Origin: Eimeria praecox
Lineage: Eukaryota
Length of the DNA stretch: 64,000 nucleotides
Direction of reading: 5' to 3'
Assembly: GCA_963920595.1 (NCBI GenBank)
Contig: OY986947.1
Location: 1,302,001 to 1,366,000, forward strand
The notes under the pieces are model-generated. The model did not search any database, had not been told where the DNA came from, and saw nothing but the letters and a program-made list of their open reading frames with translations. The translations under genes were made by a program, and so were the position numbers. Each line of letters opens with the position of its first letter. Positions within the stretch are counted from its first letter, which is position 1. This document shows, piece by piece, positions 53,634 to 64,000 of this stretch.

Positions 53634-55699
53634 CCTAGCAAGAAGGCAAACGAAGCAGCTTCCACAATCACTCTGAGAGCATGGTTTCCCGCATTTATCA
53701 GGTTAAAAGTGCAAAGACACGCCGTGAGTTCAGGCATTGTCTTCTGAAGCATTTATGCTGTTTGAGGGAGAAATAGTTAACATTCTGAGTGAAGGTGTTG
53801 AACTACACTTTTTGAAGAAGACGGTGAATTAGCGCACGTGCTGCGTCTTTGTCGATGGACGGCAGACTTTATCGCGGAGACGCGTTAGATATATTAGCCT
53901 GTTAACGCAGGAAAACATTAAGTGCCTGGAGCCGCTTGTAGTTCCCCTTTCGGGCCAGCAGAAGACGCGATTTTCAAGCTCAAGCTTACAGCCGAGCCTG
54001 GAGCCCTACGCCTCCATATCCTTGTCATACGCAGATGCAGAGCTCGATCTAACGAAACTCCGTTAGCGACAGAGCTGTGAGGAGGCTCCCCTAGAGACAG
54101 TGGTGGCGCTGGCAACAGCAGACGCGAACGGGCGGCCGGTGAACAGTCGTACCCTTAAGGAGAGTGAGAGCAACTTGCCTCAGCCGTAGGCAGTAGGTGC
54201 CTGTACCTGGCTTCTAAGGAGTTTCTTCTGGGTATCCAGGCCTATTGCGTCAATCGTGCCTACTTTGGTATTTAGAGAGTCCAGGCAGCTTAGGTACAGG
54301 ACGGAACTGGGCGCAACAGCTTCTATGCCCGGGTGTGCGAGTCGTCTGAGCCCTGCTCGTCTGTGTGCCAGAAGGAAATAAAAGCATTTTAAATCATTAG
54401 GATGAGCTTATAGAGCGATCTTTTTTTGACAGTTAAGAATCCATATCCCGGAATGGATCGACTCCTTGGGATTTGGGGCTTGGAGCCAGGTACTTGGGGC
54501 TTTGGGGCTTGGAGCTCTGAAGCGGCCTAGTAGAGGGCAAAGGCTCGGCGAATTTAGAAAAGAATGAGCAGCAAGGCAGGATGTTGGGAACCCTTCGATA
54601 CTAGGCATATGCTTCGCAAACGCATATCTCCGCGTACCGCTTCACATTGCCGCGAGCGTTACTAGCGTTTAACGTAAGCTGCCGCAATCTATCGTGTGAC
54701 TCTCAAAACCTTGCTCATCACATACGAAGGGCCCTAGCCATGAAGCTCAAGCATCATTAAGGAGCACTTGATCAGAACGGAGGCATCAAAAGGTGAATTT
54801 CAATCATAGCCTAGGAACGGTAAAGAACTTCTTGAATTGCCAGTTTCTAATAAGTGTCGCACGCTGCGCATGATATTGGTACTGCTATTTATACTTGCTC
54901 ACAGGCCCACTATGGAACATCGAGAAAGCGCCTAATGAGAGTCTTGCCTACAGTGTACAATGTTAGTATATGCAGAAGAAGGGTTGTTAGCTGTACGCAC
55001 GTGTGGGGCTCACAAAGGCGTATGACAACCGGGGCGTGCCCATGTCAGCTCACGAGGCTGGGCCAGCTGAGCCCAGGACGCCTGGAGGCGGAAGGGGAGG
55101 CCACCCGTCTTTTGGCAATTCCTGTCTCTAATTCTTTGATACTGCTGCAGCTCGGAACGGTGGTAGGATAAGGGGAAACGCCGGATCCTAGACTCACTGG
55201 GACAGGCGCGAGCGCCGAATACACCCTCCGGAGCTTGGCGGCCCAGCTCTTAGCAATGACTGTTTAATCAAAACATAATGTGTTTAAACATAACAAAAGC
55301 GCGCGAAAGTCTGAGCATTTTGAGAAAAACTGTACCCAAACTTAAACCTGTTTCTTCTTTCACAACGGTATTTGTTTGGAATGTCCATTGGAGCAGGAGC
55401 TCCTGGGTTCGGTTAATCGTTGCATTCCTGTTCGAAACTCACGGAAGTGCTTACAAATCCTATTGACATCATATCTGTCGAAAGGAAATATACGAAGATG
55501 GTGGCTCCATGTAACTAAAAGTTCCGCCTTCCCGGAGCGCATGAAGATCACGCCCTCCTTGCGAGATGCGCTACAATGCAGCTTTATTCCAATGTCTCCA
55601 AGGGAGCATACCAGGGCCGAACTAATAAACCAGAAACTTAGAAAGGGGAAGCAGTCCATATAACGCTACACTGACAAATATGAATCAGTGGTGAACAAA

Positions 55700-58620
55700 A
55701 TTCCCCCCAGGAAATTGGAGCTTCCAGATAATTGATTCATTGAAGGGCTCTCCCCGGGGAGAGGCAACGGCAACCGACTGGGTCGAGGAGAGGGAACAAA
55801 AGGAGTAAAAGGCTTGAACTCAACGATAAGATGGAGTACATCTGCAGCAAATTCTCCGAACAAGAGGAAGAAACACCATATCCACAGTCCTAGGTGAAAA
55901 GAAGGAAAGCGGGTTAAGGAACGCCCCAGACGTAGAACTAATGCATATTGAGGCCTTGAAGCCCAGACCAGAAAAGGACGAAGGGTGGTAGCCGAAAACA
56001 GATGGAAAATGCGATATCCACGAAGAAAAAAAGACCTGCCGAACGGCGTATTTGTTTCTCTTTCAAAAAACGGTCAAATAGCTCGGGATTGCACAGCCAT
56101 GAGGAAAGTTATCAAGCTGAAGGAGTTCCTCAAGCAGTGCAACCAGGGGGACAAACAAACCAAACGAACCCCGGAGACCCTGCGCAACGAGCATCAGGGC
56201 GATGGGGCGGAAGCGAGGAGGGCCGCACCCACAGGTCTACTGAGAGCCAACCCTTTGTTTACAATATGTTTTGGGGTGTAATTCTGAAGTGGATCGTATA
56301 ACGGTGAAACATGACTTTTACATTGGGTCTCTTTACCACGACGCAATCGTAGGCATGCTGTGGGTGACTTAGTGGACGGCATGCATGGAGCAACCAGACG
56401 AAACTATTGAGGCCTACGTGCCGGAAAGCAATGAGCAACTGCATTTCCCCGCGTTGTCAACAGCGTTTGCCTTCTCTACGGCAAGAGGAGTGAAATCACT
56501 GTCCCGAAGAGAAACCAACAATGAACCTTCTAGGACGAGTGCGATTCCAGGGGGTTCCAACCAGCTAATGCCCGAGTATCAGCACAAGTGGGCAACATTG
56601 ACGAAAGAGCTCTCACATACCCAATAAGAGGGAGGTTTGAGCGGTCCTGGCACGCCCTGGACGCTCACTCTGCCGCATCAAAGTCACTCCCCGAATGGCC
56701 TCAGGCTTTGCTGCAAGGTACCTGCAACCCCCACATCTTGGTTTCGGATTTTAGCCGCAAGCAAAAGTGTCACTGGGAGAGGGCAAGCTTGCCCTGTCAA
56801 GCAGCGGGATTAGGCACAACCTGCGTTGGCAAAGAAAAAGGAGGGGAGCGGCCCATTTTGGGCAGGCTTTAAGCCCCTCAACCAAATCACGGTGAGACAG
56901 AAGTTTTCTTTACCTCATACTTATGAAAGCCCTGAATATTTGCCTTAATCTGCAACATATTCATGACTTAGCGCCACTGAGGCGTTCTTCCATATCATAA
57001 TACATGCGTAGGGCAGGCACCAAACAGTGTCTCGTAGTCCTCCCGGCAAACTAATGTTCACCTGTATTCCTTTTGGCCTTTTCCACGCAGCTACGGAAAT
57101 GCCGGTACAAGCCGATCACGATTTCTTGGGGCTAAACCGTGAATTATGTATGGCAATGCACATAGATGAAGTGCCAATGCTGAGTTCCAATGCACAACAG
57201 CACTTACAGAAACTGTTGTGTGTTACTCAATTGTTTGTTTTTCACGCAAAATATTAGGGATTTTAGGGCTTCTCTTTTCTGCCGCAGGAGTCAAGCCAAG
57301 TTCGGCGAGTGCAAACGTGATCCGTTTACCTGTACACTCCAAGGAAAATTCAGAGATTCCTCGGTCTCGGAGTGTACAACCACGCCTTCTTTCCTGAGTC
57401 CCCTCGTAGCGGTTTCCCTGCAACGGATCTACTAATAGGGGGTGAACTCCTTCGTTGGACGGAGACCGCCGACACTGCCAGCAGAAGCCTCATCTGACAG
57501 CCAGCACAGTCTTCAGTAGTCACGGCCTCCGAGTTGGACAAGCCTTTCTTCCAGACGACCGATGCAACTGGTAGCAGTTGAGGTGGTGCTCATTCAGCAC
57601 ATGATTGACTCAGTCCAACGGTGCAGGTGGTTTCCCGGTCCTTCTGGTGGTCCAGGATGCGTCCCTCAGCCGAGCAATGTATCTTCGCTTGCCCGGAATG
57701 TCGGCAGTGGAAGCGATAAAACACTGTCAAACGTGGACTACAGCAAAACATTCTGATGGCAATAAGGATCTTAACCGACAACCTAATGGACTTCAAAGCT
57801 GGCTTGCAGGAAGTTAGAGGCCGCGATATGACCTATGTTCTTGTTCATACACTCAGTGACTGCGTTCGCATCATCCCCTGCTCGATCTTCCTTACAACAC
57901 GAGAGGGTGAATAATTCATTAGCCATCTGCGCGAGCTGCGACCTTTTTTAAAACGCATCATTACTGGCAGACACCCGAACATCGCTAGCGCTTTACGCCG
58001 TGATTTCATGAAGCTGCTTAATATCCACAGCAAAATGAGCCGGTGCGAAGCCACGAGGGGCAGATAGTTGAAGCCAATGTACGAACCTCATGCTTTTGCA
58101 GTGTTTCCGGCCCCCAAACCAGCCAGATTCATCAAAGTGTCTTGATCTGCCTACCTGTGCGGAATGCACTTATAATATCACAGTGCCTTATCCCAAGCGT
58201 TGCTTTCCGGCACCTCTGGTCCAAAATAAAAGGCTACTGAGGCCTGAGATTAAGGCTGGCTGCCATTAGCCATCCCCGCACGCTCGCATCCGCTGGCTTC
58301 CAGACACAGTTTGGAATAAACTGGGAAGGCATGAAGAAGGCACAATAACGGCAAGCAAGTAACTATGGCAAACGGCTTTCGACGGTCACTGTCAAGTGAG
58401 GCGACTTGGTTCTAGTGGGTTCGCACTACCTTCGAAGCGAGCAGGAGGGAATGAAGACAAAAAGTTCGCCTCGGGTGGGCTAGGGCCCTTTGTTATCTGT
58501 TCTCGGGTTGAGGCGCTGGTTTACGCCATGGACTTGCTTCGAACATGGAGGCGCCATCATATTATTGGTGCTGATATTCTCAGAAATTTCCCTGAACGTT
58601 CAGCACAAAAGGACGGCAGC
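55700..58620 (+). mobile_element. Best-preserved Ty3/Gypsy retrotransposon relic: gag zinc knuckle, (protease), RT, RNase H, partial integrase and GPF/Y; non-functional
   Basis: Frameshifted CCHC-like ERRICFS/KNGQIARDC at 56041-56095. RT in one frame from 56868 with three stops: FKPLNQITVRQKFSLP...AFFHIIIHA*GRHQT...FTCIPFGL...MHIDEV...QQHLQKL. RNase H DKPFFQTTDAT/AVEVVLIQ and AVEAIKH at 57530-57730. GPQTSQ near 58110. GPFVICSRVEALVYAMDL..WRRH near 58480-58560. Confidence 0.9.
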
Positions 58621-59549
58621 GCTGCAGCTACAAAAAAACAATTGAAAGGGCCTAGAATTCTAACCAAACGGATCAATGTTTCTATGTACATATTCATTGG
58701 CTGTTCTGCTCTGGTATTCATGTGGTGTACGATCCATAGTCTAGTTGTTGCTACCAATACGCGAATACACCCCCTCCTGTCTAAACTCGGAACATCAGGG
58801 CGGAAACACCAGTTTGGTACTGCGCTGGGAGGTCCCAGAGTACCCCACCTGAGGCACGGCAGTCCGCACCTATGCTCTTTCGGATGCTGGTCTCTGGCAA
58901 ACGTTTCGCACATATTTTTATTTTTGCTGGCCATGACGGCAATGAACGCTACTCCCAACGCTCTTAAATTGCATAAAAGTCGTTCCTGACCAGTGGCCAC
59001 GCCATTGTGCGATCCCGCTTTTGCAGTCTGCAGGCCAGCAGCGGTAGCAGCATAATGTAGGCACTCACTCCAGTCAGGTTTTTCTTGTTCTTGCCCCTGC
59101 CTTCCTGTCTTCTGGATAGCCAGGCCTATGAGGACGTGTATTGCTTCCGGGGGAGAGCGGGGCAGGTGTTGCATGCACCGCATGATTCGTGTCTATACTT
59201 GCCCACAGGCCCGTCGTGGAGAATCGAATCTTCGGTACAGTCCACAGCGTTAGGGCATGCAGAAGAAGGGATATTGACTGCGAGTGCACGCGGGGCTGCC
59301 TTGCAGCACTTGCTGCAGCACGATGGGCTGCAGCCCATAACAGGGAGGTTATTTCCCCACCAGTTCCAGGTCACGGGGTCGCTGTGCGCAGGACGCCAAG
59401 ATGCTGAAGGGGGAGTCAACTGCATTCGGGGGGCTCCTTTCTCTAAGTGTTTGGCTCTGTTGCAGTTGGCGACTGTCCGGGCTTAAGGGCGAGGTTGCGC
59501 TGAGAGTTCTCAACCTTATGGCAGGGCCCTCACAAGCTGCAGTGCAAGC

Positions 59550-61000
59550 AAAATGCCTAAGAATTTCAAGAAACTAGCTGACAATTCTTCCAGTTTCCAG
59601 GTGTCTTGGGGTTGACGCCACAAGTTCCTGTCGCAAGTGCGAAGAGATGGCGATCGACTATTAGTTGCAGCACACGTTGTTGCAGGTCCAGCCGCAAGAG
59701 AGTCCAGCATTTAAGCATGTCCCGAGCGGCTTTTGCATGCGTACCCTAACGCTGCATACATTTCAAATGCATTGCCTGATTCTAGTGGGACATTCAATTA
59801 TTAACCTGCACACAAGCACCTGTGAGAACTTAAGGGGGACCGTGCTCCACGCAATGTAGATCTTGAGTACGCATTGAAAACAGCTGAGAACTAGCACGTT
59901 TTGCCTGCACCGAAGGTGGAGGGCCTACGCAACCGGCTCGACGCCCCCCTGACGGGGACTCCTGACGCGTGCGAAGGCGCAGTGTCACGCAGGCGCCCGA
60001 GGACGGCAGCTGCAGAATGGTCAAAACCATAATACCCCCTTTAGCGTCATGCCAGGTTACACTAATTGTGCTACCGTTGGGCCAGTTAAAACAGTAATTG
60101 GCCCACTCATCTACACGCAGAAGGCATGCTCTCTGGGGAGTTTAGTGCCGGTGGACCTGGTGGTGGCACAGCGCAGCGATATACCTATACTCGGGAAAGA
60201 GTGAACGCTTGCTCAACAAGCGCTGCATTGTGTAGTGCCCATCGTGTGAATTGTGGGAAAGGGGCTTGCTTTTGCCTTTATCAATCCTGCATCGCTTCAC
60301 TGCCCAAGTGCGTATGCGCAAGTGCGTATACATTTAAACAGACGCGCCATCGTTTTTCCGACGCCGGTCGAGTCTGTATAAGGTGGGGAGCGATTGACCT
60401 CTACGCCCGGCTTGTCTCTGTGGCGCCGTCTGAGGGTGATCATGACTTCTCAGTACGTACCGCAGTCAACATGCTGTAGTATATTAAACAGCCTTGCTGC
60501 CATTCCACACAGGAACAATTTCTAAGGAACACAGAGCAGCGAACAGATTTACACAGTTGCCACGATGGGGAACCAGCATGTTTGTGGATTCAGCCATTGA
60601 AATGAATTGCAAATGCTCCCCTAACTGGTACGTTAAAGGAGAACTGAGGACAGGGTCAAAGGAACGAAGCCTACAAGATAAGTTGCTTCGCCATGGCATG
60701 ATGACTTTCGGCTGCAGCCTAACCCCAGCTAATTCACCTCAAATCCCCCACAAGGTTGGATACTAGTTAATCTGCAAGGATAGCTGCTGTATGCACTCCA
60801 CTGTCTCTTTCCCACTGGCGATGCGCCTTCTAACTTTGCGAACTCCGATTGTTGCCCACGGAGGAAGTTTACAGCAATCCCGTTTGTGACGATCGACGGG
60901 ATCAGTGGACAGGCTGGTAGGCTGATAGGCCAGTGCGGACACAAGTAGAGCGACGGTAGGAGCAGTCTGTCCACAATGTCAGCGCTATCAAGAATCGAGA
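59550..61000 (-). mobile_element. Probable degenerate Gypsy integrase with chromodomain-like tail
   Basis: PACPLIPSIVTNGIAVNFL (about 60915-60860), CVGPP (about 59930) and LWRQPQDTWKLEEL (59623-59582; compare chromodomain KWxGxxxxxxTWEPxxxL) in the expected order. Confidence 0.4.
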
Positions 61001-64000
61001 CCCTCCACGCCTAACAGATATCCGATGAGCAAATCGCACTTAAAATCTAAGCCTCCGTGAGTCTTAAGAGAGGATGCGCCGGCCATCGGTAAGTGCACCA
61101 TCATTTGAACTCCCGCTTTTTATTGTTCAATACCTGTAGTTGGTTAAACTGAGGTTAAATGAAGCTGTACTTTACGAAGGTGCCCATTCTTCTGTGAAGG
61201 AAGTGTGATGGGTGAGGTTCAATTGACGCAAATCTGCCATCTTGGTAAACGAACAAACAGCTTGGCCCACAACACCGAACAAAAAGGGATAAACGATAAC
61301 TATAGACTCGCGAATAGCCCCCGCCCGTGATAAAAACTGTTCCAATGTAGCTTTGCAAGTAACTGCGGTTGGAAATAAATGTGAGGAATGTACAGCGTGC
61401 GCTGTAGGGGGCCCACAGGATTAATAGCCACGATAGCATCAAATGCGAACAGCCACAAATGTTGGTAAAAGCAGATGAAGCAGCTTCTATTCGTAGCTAG
61501 GAGTGTCCAAGTAAGCAGTTGTAGCTGCAAACAATCTGATACTTTGAAGCACAGGCTTTGCCTTGCTCGAGTGTTCAGCCCCGAATGGCTTAGGCTATCC
61601 ACCTTAAAGAAGCCATGAAAAAAAGTAACTGGAAAATGCCCAGTAAAGTTCCTTGAACACAGCAATTTTCGGCATTAGCCCTTTAACCTGTAGCTTCCGG
61701 ATTTTGGATATACGACAAAGCCGGAGGTAAGCATAGGCAAGTAAAGGGAAAAATGATTTGGGGCTAAATGCGGAAGCACCCAGTTGTCACCTCTCAAGCG
61801 TCCCGCTCAGCTTCCTGCGCATCTGAAGCATTTACTTGAGCGGCATCACCTGAGACATAAGGCTTGTCGGTGCAGTTTTGAATGGCAATCAGTGAGTAGC
61901 CTGAAGCGATCTGGCAGGTAATGATCTCAAGGCCTTTCGCTGTGCGCAGACGAATGGTCGTGAGGTCCCCCTTCACATAAAAGACAGATAATGTGCAAAG
62001 GCGAAGAAGCAAACTAATGTTAAGTTAAATGGCTCAGTGGTGGAAAAGTGGATCTGCAGGAACTCACCCGCTTTGCGCCGAAGAAAAGCAAATCTCTAAA
62101 TGCTGCTGCTGTCATGGAGGCTAAGTCATTTCTGCAAAAGTGTGCAGAACGATCAAGAGTTTTCTCAACAATTATTGACTTACATCACTAGGAAACAGCT
62201 CCTTCATGTACTGCTTCGCCTTGGCACAGAATACGCTGCAAAAAAGCAAAACCTCCAGCAGCAGTGACGCGATGCAGGCAGGCAAGTAACCCTCAGCTGG
62301 TTGCAGATAACAGCCGGTGTATATTTGTATGCTTTCTTAAGAGTGGCTTGAACTTTGGCAACTGGCCTACGTCAAGAGGGAAGCATAATGAACAGAACGT
62401 TCCCGAGACAGCTTCTCATGGTTCCTAATGGGGATGCCTAAATGCCATGGCACAGTCACAATACCACAGCGAAGCATGCAATTAGCCTGGCTGAGCAGTG
62501 AAGCCCTCAAGAACTTATGCTAGCTTGATTATTGGTTCGCACCCTGGTGCCTATATTTGAAAGCCCAACGATTTCACCTTAACACGCGTGTTTTGAGCAA
62601 ACACGTGACGCTATGAAAACCCCACTTGGCTTCTTAGCGAAGCATGACGAAGCACGTAAGTAGAAGCAGTCCACTAATTCCTGTCGTGCCTATAACTAAT
62701 AGCTCTGCATCGGGACTGTCTTCAGTGCGGCACTTAAAAAACCCTACAAAGAAGTTGTCCCCATCTCCGTGAGTTGCTAATGTGCTTGTTTGCAGTGCCA
62801 ATTGCCGTTGGCCGCTAACCATCTGAGTTTACGACAACGTAGCCGACCACTGAAGGGTTGTTTGAAAGCCAAGCACGCAATACATCATCTGCTTCGTTCT
62901 GCGACCCTGACATCGTGATATGCCCATTCGATGATGCGGTGCCTGCCGTTGCCCATCAGATGCCAAGTGGAGCGCCGAGAAGTCCACTTGCGTAGCAGTA
63001 AGAAATGTGAGCACCTGTAGCGACAAGGTATGGCTACACTTAGATAGCTAAAGGCTGCATAAAGGAGAACGTACAACAAGTGCTTTCGGCTTCAGACAGT
63101 GGCTAGGTGTGCACTACTACTAGGCGCGTGTGCTCAAGTCTTTCACTGGCGGCATGGCAATCTTGGAGAAGAATAACGGGATGACCAACCTTAAAGAGTT
63201 GTTCGGAAGGTGAAAGGTAAAATTCTTCCGCTGAGCCTCTTCTGCATAGGTATCAAGCCGTCTGAGGGAAATCCAGCATGCCAAGGATCACCCGGCGGCC
63301 CCGAAGACAATTCCACCGGCTTTATGCCTATCCATCTACAATGTCTCGCAATAATGTACAACAGGCCTTTGCATTGGTCAAGAAGTGGTTGTTCCACTGG
63401 ATTGATTAGAGCCACTGCTGACTGCGCATTACTAGGTGTCCTACGGGGCACGGCCGACGGGGCTGCAGCCACAGGTTTACGAGAAATAAAAAATTACTGC
63501 ATGGAGATCATATCACTTCACCTTAAGGAAGAAATCTACGATATTAGAGAAGAACTGCCAACGTCTTGCCCTCTTCTGAAGACCCTGCATTAATTCACTT
63601 GTGTGCTGGTCTTTCCGCCTAGCTTGCAGTGGTCCTCTGTCTAATCAGCCCAGCGTGCCAAAAGGCGGCGATAGGCTTCTTCCATTCCAATAAAAAACAC
63701 TTTAAAACACAAAATTGGCATTTTAGGTGACAGGAGTTATTATAATTGTGCCGGCCAGCTGGTGCGGGCCTTCTTTCAAGCATTGCAAAAGCGCTCGCAC
63801 ACGCTTGGGTCGGTTGGGTGAGGTATTCAAGCCGAAGGTACACAAAAAGTACTTCGTTCCTCTATATGAGCCCTCTCAAGCACACAGCCAAGGTACGTAC
63901 GGGCACTTATTTTAGTGCCAAACATTGGCAAGGAAAAGGCCAGTGGTACGGAGTAAGAGGCCAGGGCGCAAGCTTGAGTAGTTTCCCCAGTAGTTAGCTC

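Noticed and set aside
61780..62240. Minus-strand exon-like segments with good splice sites
   Set aside because: Phases are incompatible and joining them gives stop codons
62830..63080. RT-like words FSALHLAS / AYHDVRVAE on the minus strand
   Set aside because: In different frames with no further RT motifs; insufficient support

Overview
Eukaryotic, intron-rich genomic DNA, most likely from a coccidian apicomplexan (Eimeria/Cyclospora-like). This is inferred from the CAG/CTG repeats encoding poly-Q/poly-A, the frequent TGCATGCA octamers and the Ty3/Gypsy relics. The window has two compartments. About 1-28 kb is gene-dense and CAG-rich: a partial coiled-coil gene, a minus-strand hypothetical gene, a large F-box/LRR-like gene whose last two exons splice into an HMG-box-like motif, a ~2,100 aa low-complexity protein and a small coiled-coil gene. 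About 31-64 kb is repeat-poor and holds several heavily decayed Ty3/Gypsy LTR-retrotransposon pol fragments in both orientations. Embedded among them is a complete 18-exon PF16/SPAG6 axoneme central-apparatus gene (505 aa, reconstructed by hand) that needs two GC-AG introns. I found no CRISPR array, rRNA, tRNA or prokaryote-type system. The best novelty candidates are the F-box + LRR + HMG-like architecture and the recurrent AG|GCAAG splice donors. All family assignments come from motifs recognised by eye, not from database searches.
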